From a virus (lineage: Duplodnaviria > Heunggongvirae > Uroviricota > Caudoviricetes), in the IMG/VR virus record IMGVR_UViG_3300045996_000470, positions 98,667 through 121,203 of that record: 22,537 nucleotides of DNA; one strand, 5' to 3'. The notes under the pieces are model-generated. The model searched no databases. It had not been told where the DNA came from and saw nothing but the letters and a program-made list of their open reading frames with translations. Positions 7,993-14,569 of the stretch are shown one piece after another. Positions within the stretch are counted from its first letter, which is position 1. Every line of letters starts with the position of its first letter. The translations under genes were made by a program, and so were the position numbers.

Positions 7993-8330
7993 ACGTGTAT
8001 CCTTATTGGATTATCTCCTAATCTGTTTGCAAAGTTGGAGTAGGTAATAAAATCCTCACTAGGATTTCCACTAACTATAACTGCATCAAAATTTGGACCT
8101 CTAAGTTTCATTAAATCCTTGTCATACTCAAACCTATAAAAATAGAATCGACTTCCATTTTCCATATCAATTCTATTCCTACTAGGATAATAAGTGAAAT
8201 TTAAGTTATTTGCTTTTGCGTAATTAATTACCTCTTCAATCAATCGCTGGTGCCTTATAAGAATCCCTATATCGAAGTAGTTATTATTCGATAATAGTTT
8301 CATTGTCTTCGCTATTCTGTCTTCTATCAT
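7989..8330 (-). CDS. hypothetical protein resembling a fragment of a terminase-like ATPase
   Basis: IDMENGSRFYF...DLMKLRGPNFDAVIV pattern; no Walker A motif; only 113 aa. Confidence 0.5.
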   Translation of the reverse strand: MIEDRIAKTMKLLSNNNYFDIGILIRHQRLIEEVINYAKANNLNFTYYPSRNRIDMENGSRFYFYRFEYDKDLMKLRGPNFDAVIVSGNPSEDFITYSNFANRLGDNPIRIHV

Positions 8331-8445
8331 GTTGTATCTCTCTTTCTACCGCAGCAGCCACGGCGTCTGCTACTTCGTTCTGAATATCTTCGTTCTGTAA
8401 GGCATCTCTAAGGAGTCTTGCAAACCATTTTCTAATAAAATTCAT
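8284..8445 (-). CDS. small helical hypothetical protein (53 aa)
   Basis: Hand translation MNFIRKWFARLLRDALQNEDIQNEVADAVAAAVEREIQHDRRQNSEDNETIIE; ATGA overlap with the upstream gene. Confidence 0.5.
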   Translation of the reverse strand: MNFIRKWFARLLRDALQNEDIQNEVADAVAAAVEREIQHDRRQNSEDNETIIE

Positions 8446-8726
8446 ACTTCCTCTCTTGGGGCAAATTGTACGTCAGCAAAAAACATATCCGTTGGGTCTT
8501 TGGCGTACTCTATGTTTAAGACTTGGTAACGAGTTGTCTCATTTCCATTCTGCAAAATAAGATAATCGCCCTTATTAATTCCCCTAGTCCATCCCATCAT
8601 CCGTCCTTTCAACCCATCCTCTTTAGGGTCGAAAGTGTAATCTCTTCCCCATCCTCTATTAGTTAAGTCGTGGGTTTTTCCTTTAAAAAATTCCGCACGA
8701 TTTCCGTCAAATAATTGAACCGACAT
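8442..8726 (-). CDS. hypothetical protein
   Basis: 94 aa; GGAGG SD; GWGRDY...GW...GDYLIL...RY pattern. Confidence 0.75.
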   Translation of the reverse strand: MSVQLFDGNRAEFFKGKTHDLTNRGWGRDYTFDPKEDGLKGRMMGWTRGINKGDYLILQNGNETTRYQVLNIEYAKDPTDMFFADVQFAPREEV

Positions 8727-9037
8727 TATTTACTTCCTCCTTCGACCAAATCCCAATCCATTTTAGCGTCAAGGATTGCCAATTTTTCTGCCTGCCCTCT
8801 TACATTTACAGTATCCCAAGTGACTGTCACAGTTTTAGAGGAAGCGGGGGCTGAAATTTTCTCTATTCCATGAACAATCTTTCTATTGCAGTGAGTGTGC
8901 CCGCATTCCTTTTTCTTGGTAATGTAGTTTAAATGGTACGTCCCAAGGATATGACCTCCCTCGCACTCAAACCAATTAGAGTGGGGATAAGGGTTTAAAA
9001 TTAAAGGTCTTTTCGGTATTCTTGTTGGTCTACTCAT
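8726..9037 (-). CDS. hypothetical Cys/His protein
   Basis: 103 aa; CEGGH...CGHTHC. Confidence 0.65.
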   Translation of the reverse strand: MSRPTRIPKRPLILNPYPHSNWFECEGGHILGTYHLNYITKKKECGHTHCNRKIVHGIEKISAPASSKTVTVTWDTVNVRGQAEKLAILDAKMDWDLVEGGSK

Positions 9038-9240
9038 ATTTCTAACTGTTTCTCTATTTTTAAAAGTTTCTCGTAGATTATCACTAGTTGCTTAGGAATC
9101 GGCATATTATAAAATTCCTCCACAATTTCCTCTTTACATTCTTTGCACCCTTTAGGCACTATAATTTTGTGATGATTCTGCGGACATTTGCACCGCATTA
9201 TCTCATTCCCACAGTCGCAAACATATGTTCCGTGTCCCAT
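9034..9240 (-). CDS. Zn-binding microprotein
   Basis: CDCG, CKC and CKEC motifs. Confidence 0.7.
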   Translation of the reverse strand: MGHGTYVCDCGNEIMRCKCPQNHHKIIVPKGCKECKEEIVEEFYNMPIPKQLVIIYEKLLKIEKQLEI

Positions 9241-9363
9241 TTAACTTGGTCTCCCTCGTGGGCATCTGCCCTGATATATCCCGCATTTCTTTTCAATACC
9301 GCAGAAGTAACATTGGAACCAATAAGTTCCGTTCATTACCCTTATTTTCCAAAGATGTTTCAT
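9241..9363 (-). CDS. Zn-binding microprotein (40 aa)
   Basis: Hand translation MKHLWKIRVMNGTYWFQCYFCGIEKKCGIYQGRCPRGRPS; fills the gap exactly. Confidence 0.55.
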   Translation of the reverse strand: MKHLWKIRVMNGTYWFQCYFCGIEKKCGIYQGRCPRGRPS

Positions 9364-9609
9364 TTATCCTATCGGCCCGTAATACGGCACGTTCCTCAAT
9401 CCTTCCTCTGCGTCGATAAGCCTGTTATAAAGTTCCTCAAGTCTTTCATCTACCGTCTTAGAGTTAAATTCTTTAAGGTCTTTCTCCTTCCTTCTAAGTT
9501 TCGCTCCTCCGTCACAGTATGCCCAACTATGTCCATCTCTTTGAAAGGCTTCTCCAGAATCATAAGACTCTCCACACCTTTCACACGTTTCAATTATTCC
9601 TACTGCCAT
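9364..9609 (-). CDS. Zn-ribbon microprotein, paralog A
   Basis: MAVGIIETCERCGESYDSG...; similar to the adjacent gene. Confidence 0.75.
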   Translation of the reverse strand: MAVGIIETCERCGESYDSGEAFQRDGHSWAYCDGGAKLRRKEKDLKEFNSKTVDERLEELYNRLIDAEEGLRNVPYYGPIG

Positions 9610-9818
9610 TAATATCCTCCTGTATAAGGTATCTCTCTTTCAACCCTTGCAATTTCACCTCTGAGCCAATCGCATTTCTCTTCAAGGGTCATACTAGCCC
9701 ATCGTTCGCGTTCTCTTTTCGCCACAACGTCGTTAGAATTACAGCTATGGAAGTCTGTCTTTCCATCGTCCCACGACTTACCGCACTCGTCGCAGGTTAT
9801 AATATTCCCTACTGCCAT
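9609..9818 (-). CDS. Zn-ribbon microprotein, paralog B
   Basis: MAVGNIITCDECGKSWDDG... Confidence 0.75.
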   Translation of the reverse strand: MAVGNIITCDECGKSWDDGKTDFHSCNSNDVVAKRERERWASMTLEEKCDWLRGEIARVEREIPYTGGY

Positions 9819-9985
9819 ATTTAGTCCTCATTCTGTGCTATGTCGGTCTTGTGTATGTGAAAATTAACCATCATATTCCAAACGTCTTCAATATTTACGT
9901 AGACTCTAGCGGTTGTCCCATAATTAGCCCTTCGGTGAATTTCTTCGCCTGTTCATATATTTCATTCCAAGTTGTTTCTTCCATT

Positions 9986-10198
9986 TTAATCCCTCGTCTC
10001 CTCAGGTCTAGCAGCTTCAATAGTAAATGCCTGCCAGAGTGTAAAGTGCTTTTTACCAAATCCCTTCCAGTACCTTATACATCCAAACGCATCCGGTTCT
10101 GCTCTCCATTCTCTTTTAAATAAATACTTACGAATGTAGTGTCTGGATATTACTACACCTAAAATTATACAAAAGAGCGCAAATAATAAATATCCCAC
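9986..10198 (-). CDS. small membrane-anchored protein
   Basis: N-terminal hydrophobic helix; 70 aa. Confidence 0.65.
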   Translation of the reverse strand: MGYLLFALFCIILGVVISRHYIRKYLFKREWRAEPDAFGCIRYWKGFGKKHFTLWQAFTIEAARPEETRD

Positions 10199-10482
10199 TA
10201 ATCCATTCTCCTAAGTATTCCATCCATATCAGCCTTCCAAAGAGTCGAATTATTAATAGCTAATTTAGAGGCAATCGCCTCCTGCATTTCCTCCATAGAA
10301 AACCCAACCTCGTCGCATATAGAAATCCAAAGGATTCCCACATCTGCCAAAGCAAGAGGGTCATATGGATTAGCTTTAAGGTCTAAGACTTCCTCGGACA
10401 AGTGGGCTAAAGCCCCCTCCAAAGTAGTCTCCTTACCCTGCTTCCACTCTACTATTTTATCCTGTAAATCTTGAAATGTCAT
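10198..10482 (-). CDS. DUF550-like dATP/dGTP pyrophosphohydrolase (MazG/all-alpha NTPase fold), possibly degenerate
   Basis: GALAHLSEEVLDL...PYDPLALADVGIL...GFS...KLAINN..W follows the family pattern (HLxxExxE...ExAD...KxxxNxxRxW) with substitutions. Confidence 0.65.
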   Translation of the reverse strand: MTFQDLQDKIVEWKQGKETTLEGALAHLSEEVLDLKANPYDPLALADVGILWISICDEVGFSMEEMQEAIASKLAINNSTLWKADMDGILRRMD

Positions 10483-10889
10483 ACTGTCAGCAACTCCGGT
10501 AAAACTTCCCCGCTAAATTTCTCCCTACAAGACGCACAAGACCTAGAAATATATCCGTCTCGATAAAGTTTAACATCATTCACAGACCCACAAAACTCAC
10601 AGAAGAATCTAGCCATTTTACAAGTCAGACTAATCATCTGTTCGTTAAGTTCGTCGTAGCCACCCTCCGTATAAATCCTCAAGTCCCCTAATTTCTGTTT
10701 AATCTGGAAAATCTTAGCTCCTCTAAGTTCCAAGAAAGTAAGACAAGGAACAATTACTATATCCCATCCTTTAGGGATGTAGAAATTAAGGGGGTCTATG
10801 TCTGCTAAACTGTTCTTAAAGACAGCCCGAAAAGTCTCCAAAGAGGCTTTCATTCTTTCCCTTTCTGCTTCCCAAAAATCCTGTGTCAT
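10479..10889 (-). CDS. conserved phage hypothetical protein with C-terminal Zn ribbon
   Basis: GW...QIKQKLGDLRIY...CEFCG...GY...CASC resembles the common phage QxKEKFGxLRxY/CExCG family. Confidence 0.7.
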   Translation of the reverse strand: MTQDFWEAERERMKASLETFRAVFKNSLADIDPLNFYIPKGWDIVIVPCLTFLELRGAKIFQIKQKLGDLRIYTEGGYDELNEQMISLTCKMARFFCEFCGSVNDVKLYRDGYISRSCASCREKFSGEVLPELLTV

Positions 10890-11347
10890 GGTTTCATTAA
10901 CTCCACTAACTCTTCGCCGTATCGAGCTACGTCCTTTAAGTATCTGCTGTTTCCCTTGTTCTTTTCATACACTTCCCAAGGAATTTTATTCTTCGGCTCA
11001 AAAGTTCCTCTCCTAGGAAAAGAGGGGCTATTCTTAGTTGCAATGTTGTATAAATTTTCGTTGCTTTGTATTAGCTCTAATTCCCTAGCACATCTCTCTG
11101 GCTCTGTGTCAATTACTTCAAGTATATAAAACTCGAAACCCTCTGCTCCCATTTCCGTCCAATCTTTTTGAAGATATTGGTTAACGTGTTTGTTGTCTCG
11201 TAATGCTTTATAGTGATGCAAAAGGCGCTGTTGAAAATTACAAGTTTTTCCAAAATATCTTCTATCATTCAGCTTATTTTGTATAAGATAGATGCCTCCG
11301 GATTGGGGGATATTTTTATAATTTTCTTGTATTTGTAGAATAATCAT
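10886..11347 (-). CDS. GIY-YIG endonuclease (free-standing, homing-type)
   Basis: GIYLIQN...YFGKT...R...H...KH.N..LQ.DW...FEFYILE...E...YN motifs. Confidence 0.88.
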   Translation of the reverse strand: MIILQIQENYKNIPQSGGIYLIQNKLNDRRYFGKTCNFQQRLLHHYKALRDNKHVNQYLQKDWTEMGAEGFEFYILEVIDTEPERCARELELIQSNENLYNIATKNSPSFPRRGTFEPKNKIPWEVYEKNKGNSRYLKDVARYGEELVELMKP

Positions 11348-11424
11348 GTAAGTCCTTTGTTTTCAACACCCTTTTTGGCAATTGTATAACAAATTATACA
11401 AGGCCGGCGGGGAAGAAAAAGAAA

Positions 11425-11751
11425 TCAATCTCCGAGTGTAGCAACATTCACTTTTACAACCTCAGTAGCTGCCTTCTTTAAATCTCCTTCTTTCTTAATA
11501 AGAATACGAATACACTGTCTTAAATACTTAGAAGCCTTAATGTTTTTCTTTCTGCAAAGCTCTTTAAATTCCCTTTTAAGCCCTTTGGTCAATTGGTAAT
11601 TGTCCCACACCTTATCAGAGGGGTCTCCCTCTTTATAGTTTGCCGACGAACCTGCCGTTTTCTTTTTTTCCTTAAACGCTTGCTGTGCAAGGGTTTGAAT
11701 GCCCTTTGCTGTGGATGGTATATTCTCTGGGTCTAATTTAGTATCTGCCAT
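11425..11751 (-). CDS. putative ribbon-helix-helix DNA-binding protein
   Basis: YQLTKGLKREFKELCRKKNIKASKYLRQCIRILI fits a strand-helix-helix RHH pattern. Confidence 0.5.
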   Translation of the reverse strand: MADTKLDPENIPSTAKGIQTLAQQAFKEKKKTAGSSANYKEGDPSDKVWDNYQLTKGLKREFKELCRKKNIKASKYLRQCIRILIKKEGDLKKAATEVVKVNVATLGD

Positions 11752-11936
11752 TATCTTTTTTCAACCTGTTGTATCTCTTCCCTTACTTTCTTTGTTATAA
11801 CACTGTTAACACTGTGTAGTAGATAGGGGGAGGTGTTTTCCTTAATCTCGACAACCAGTGCCGTACTCATAGCCAGTCTAACGTCTTTATCCATTAATAA
11901 CTCTATTAAATTGGCTTTTAGCCATGCTTTTATCAT
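11751..11936 (-). CDS. hypothetical protein
   Basis: 61 aa; CAGGA SD upstream; first gene after the non-coding region. Confidence 0.65.
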   Translation of the reverse strand: MIKAWLKANLIELLMDKDVRLAMSTALVVEIKENTSPYLLHSVNSVITKKVREEIQQVEKR

Positions 11937-12307
11937 AATTTTATTCCTGATTTCTAATCTTAAACCCTATCTTAAACCCCCTAGGGGAGTCAAAATAGGG
12001 GTATTCTTTTTTAAGATTAGGGGTCTATTTTTCCCGAAAACTCTATTTTTCTAGCTTAATAAGGGGAGGGGATTTAGGGGGAATTGGTCAAAAACATAGC
12101 AAATCGCTTCTACTCGAACTACTTTTTAGCTCAGAAAAATTCTAGCTTATACAATTTTTACCCTCTTTTGTTTAAATCCTTATACAAATTCTCCCTTTTA
12201 TTAACTCTATTTTTCTGAAGTGTTTTGTCGGGTGTCAGCCTAAGGGTCCACACCTAACTAGAGGCCCTATTTTTACTAGGTTTCTAAAATTCACCTCAAT
12301 TGTTACA

Positions 12308-12336
12308 ATTATACAACATTTTATACAGAATGTCAA
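12308..12336 (-). promoter_or_regulatory. perfect-consensus sigma70 promoter, with no ORF for about 365 nt
   Basis: TTGACA(12336-12331)-17 bp-TATAAT(12313-12308). Confidence 0.85.
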
Positions 12337-12340
12337 GGGG

Positions 12341-12811
12341 TTAGACCCAAAAGTTTCTTTTTCTAAAAATGACCTTCTTAGCCATCTTCTGTAAAGACTT
12401 CTTAGTGGGATTCTTTTTACCCTTACGAGGTGCTTTTTGACTGAATGAGGGGGTTTCAGGTAAAGGAACGAGGGGATTTAGCTTCTTCCTCTTACCTGCC
12501 TTCTCAATAAAGGGTATAAAGGTATTAGATTTAGCCTGATTGGACTGTTTGGAGATAATTCTAAGGTTAGTTGAGACGTGCAAACCGCATACGTTATGTC
12601 CATAGAGGGGGATTATGTGGTCAACTTGCCATCTTTTCCTAGTAGTTAGGTTCTTATACTGGGCAGCAATGTAGATTTCTAGGATTTTCTTCCTTTCTTC
12701 CCTATTGTTTGCCCATCGGGGGAATGCGTTGTACCTTTTAGCTCTCTCTAGGGCGAGTCTGAAGGTGTATTTTCCGTTTAAGTAAGCCCGTTCTTGCAGG
12801 TTCATTGGCAT
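12341..12811 (-). CDS. HNH endonuclease
   Basis: FPRWAN...IY...VDHIIPLYGHNVCGLHVSTNL...N..KSN motif; basic C-terminal tail. TATAAT at 12825-12820 lies 8 nt before the ATG. Confidence 0.88.
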   Translation of the reverse strand: MPMNLQERAYLNGKYTFRLALERAKRYNAFPRWANNREERKKILEIYIAAQYKNLTTRKRWQVDHIIPLYGHNVCGLHVSTNLRIISKQSNQAKSNTFIPFIEKAGKRKKLNPLVPLPETPSFSQKAPRKGKKNPTKKSLQKMAKKVIFRKRNFWV

Positions 12812-12837
12812 ATGAGACTATTATAACTTAAATTTCT

Positions 12838-13233
12838 ACGAGGTGTACAGTTTTACGAGGTGCTCCTAGACTTGACATTTTCCTACGAGGTGCACAGTAG
12901 GAGATTATTTTCCGCCCTCCTGTTAAACAGTGTTAAACCTGACGAGGTGTACGATTTCTTTCTTTTTCTTTTCTATATTTTCTTTTTCTTTCTTCTCTTA
13001 TATTCTTTGTGTATTCTTTGTTATATATACAACCGGAAGTTTCTTACGATTGGCCAACCGAGAGTTTCTTCCGGTAGGCCAACCGGAAGTTTACGAGGTG
13101 CCTTTGACCCGAAAAGGGTCTAGTTTTGAAGAGATTTTCTACGAGGTGCACCAAAATCTGACGAGGTGTACAGCCCTCCACGAGTGAAAATCTGACGAGG
13201 TGTTTCCTACTAGAGGGAAATTCCTACGAGGTG
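12838..13233 (+). repeat. cluster of nine co-oriented ACGAGGTG octamers (iteron-like)
   Basis: Copies start at 12838, 12855, 12885, 12942, 13093, 13141, 13161, 13195 and 13226. AAAATCTGACGAGGTGT occurs at 13153 and 13187. Confidence 0.9.
13031..13092 (+). repeat. 25-bp tandem repeat, about 2.5 copies
   Basis: AACCGGAAGTTTCTTACGATTGGCC (13031), AACCGAGAGTTTCTTCCGGTAGGCC (13056; 20/25 identical), AACCGGAAGTTT (13081). Confidence 0.8.
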
Positions 13234-13239
13234 CCCCTA

Positions 13240-13267
13240 TTGACATTTCCCCGGAATGTGATATACT
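13240..13267 (+). promoter_or_regulatory. sigma70 promoter with extended -10 and no downstream ATG
   Basis: TTGACA(13240)-16 bp-TG-a-TATACT(13262-13267). Confidence 0.8.
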
Positions 13268-13273
13268 GTATTT

Positions 13274-13386
13274 GCATTGAGGGTAGTGCCCTCAGAATTG
13301 ATTTTTTGCAGCACCCAACATCCTCCAGTTCAACGGGTGCTAGCAGGAGGTAAGGGGAGCCTCTGGTTCATAAGTCCCCAATTTTT
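13274..13386 (+). ncRNA. candidate structured small RNA
   Basis: Lies downstream of a strong promoter with no convincing ORF. Three stems: TGAGGG/CCCTCA, AGCACCC/GGGTGCT and GGGGA/TCCCC, followed by ATTTTT. Confidence 0.35.
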
Positions 13387-13822
13387 ATATATTGTCATAG
13401 TCCCGCCCTGCGTAAATTGGTAGGTATTGGTAAGATTCATTAAAAGGTCGTATGCCTTTCCACATTTTTTCATTCCAGTTGTAGAGAAATATCCCTACAA
13501 TTTCGGGACTATCACAGCGTCTACCTATTTGCTGTATCATTTCGTACAGAGTCGCACCGCTGTCGATAAAATCATCCACAAGCATTATTTTCTGCCTTTT
13601 ACCCCACCCTACAATTATTCCAAAATCGTGATTTTTCTCTCCGTTCTTTCTAATAATAAGCAGTTTTTTGTCAAGGGTCATAGCTAGAGGTGCTCCTATC
13701 AATAGTCCTGAATTGCCTCTGACGGCTATAGCATCAAAATTATCTAAAGGGAGTACTTGTTTCGCCCTTTCCATTATTTCCCTCATTTTATTCGGGTCTG
13801 TAAATTGGTCTAAATAACTCAT
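13385..13822 (-). CDS. type I phosphoribosyltransferase (APRT/OPRT-like)
   Basis: PRPP-binding loop IMLVDDFIDSGAT; IAVRGNSG; IIRK. Confidence 0.88.
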   Translation of the reverse strand: MSYLDQFTDPNKMREIMERAKQVLPLDNFDAIAVRGNSGLLIGAPLAMTLDKKLLIIRKNGEKNHDFGIIVGWGKRQKIMLVDDFIDSGATLYEMIQQIGRRCDSPEIVGIFLYNWNEKMWKGIRPFNESYQYLPIYAGRDYDNI

Positions 13823-13828
13823 GCAAAC

Positions 13829-13891
13829 ATTCTACCTCAGCCATATTAAAAGTCAAGGGGTACTTGCATTTTCAGATAAGATGTGTATAAT
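13829..13891. promoter_or_regulatory. back-to-back divergent leaderless promoters
   Basis: Minus: TTGACT(13856-13851)-16-TAGAAT(13834-13829), ATG 6 nt on. Plus: TTGCAT(13864)-16-TATAAT(13886-13891), ATG 7 nt on. Confidence 0.8.
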
Positions 13892-13898
13892 CTTGAAT

Positions 13899-14105
13899 AT
13901 GGTATTAACAAAGAAACAAAAACAAGCGTACTTTGAAAATCCGAATGTGTGTCCAGTCTGCGGGGCTGCCATCTTTAAAAGAGCCGATGAGGAATTTGAT
14001 TCCAATTGTGTCTGGCGATATTTCGGATGTGATAATACAGAAAGTTGTGGGATAACCTTTTCAGAAGAGTACAGGCTAACAGATGTAGAGGTGGATAAAG
14101 GTTAA
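13899..14105 (+). CDS. Zn-ribbon microprotein (68 aa)
   Basis: MVLTKKQKQAYFENPNVCPVCG...CDNTESC; start re-assigned to ATG at 13899. Confidence 0.75.
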   Translation: MVLTKKQKQAYFENPNVCPVCGAAIFKRADEEFDSNCVWRYFGCDNTESCGITFSEEYRLTDVEVDKG

Positions 14106-14161
14106 TGGAAAAGGCTTGAAAAGGACTTTCCCGGTGCTTTGGTTTAACAAGGTTTAACACG

Positions 14162-14284
14162 ATGCGGAAAACATTAATCAAAATCCTAGAAGCTAAGATG
14201 AAATGGTACTCAGAACACGGGTATAAGTTCCTAGCTCTAGAAGTCGAACAAATAATTTACAAGGTGCGTGATGATAGAAACTAG
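14162..14284 (+). CDS. small hypothetical protein (40 aa)
   Basis: Hand translation MRKTLIKILEAKMKWYSEHGYKFLALEVEQIIYKVRDDRN. Confidence 0.45.
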   Translation: MRKTLIKILEAKMKWYSEHGYKFLALEVEQIIYKVRDDRN

Positions 14285-14552
14285 AACTCCACACCAATTA
14301 ACTATCCTACATAGGATGAAAGACGCTTACTCTTCCAACAGAATTGCGGAACTTACGAACAATCTGCAAAGAAAAGTAGATGCTCGTAAAATCCAAGAGG
14401 TGCGTACAGCCCTAGAGGGATTAGATAGAGCTACACTTATCCTACTGGCGATGCGTTGGGATGTACAGATAGGGGTATGTGAAGAGGACACTGAGGACTT
14501 TAAGGACACAGATGTTCTTAGGAAGTGGCTTCTGGAATGGATGCAATATTAA
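14271..14552 (+). CDS. hypothetical protein
   Basis: ATG at 14271 after an AAGGTG SD; 93 aa. Confidence 0.7.
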   Translation: MIETRTPHQLTILHRMKDAYSSNRIAELTNNLQRKVDARKIQEVRTALEGLDRATLILLAMRWDVQIGVCEEDTEDFKDTDVLRKWLLEWMQY

Positions 14553-14569
14553 AATTTACGAGGTGCGTG

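Noticed and set aside
9821-9984. Possible frameshifted gene between 9818 and 9986 (29-aa ORF plus an open downstream frame)
   Set aside because: No slippery site or homology evidence visible; may be two tiny ORFs or non-coding.
414-12054. Plus-strand ORFs in the left half (e.g. 559-930, 5911-6297, 9088-9612)
   Set aside because: Antisense shadows of tightly coupled minus-strand genes, with no promoters, SDs or recognisable motifs.
12872-12900. TTGACA at 12872 as a promoter (likewise -35-like hexamers at 2766, 11988, 13669)
   Set aside because: No acceptable -10 hexamer 16-18 bp downstream.
12860-13187. ORFs 12860-13123 and 12930-13187
   Set aside because: They arise from the T-rich, repeat-filled tract (Phe/Leu-rich low complexity) and lack initiation signals.
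12838-13233. CRISPR array interpretation of the repeats
   Set aside because: The repeats are only 8-17 bp, irregularly spaced, with no constant-length unique spacers and no cas genes.
13274-13386. tRNA or HDV-like/twister ribozyme
   Set aside because: No cloverleaf or proper T-loop. The segment inside the main stem is too short for HDV P3/L3, and there is no P4. Resemblance to twister motifs is superficial.
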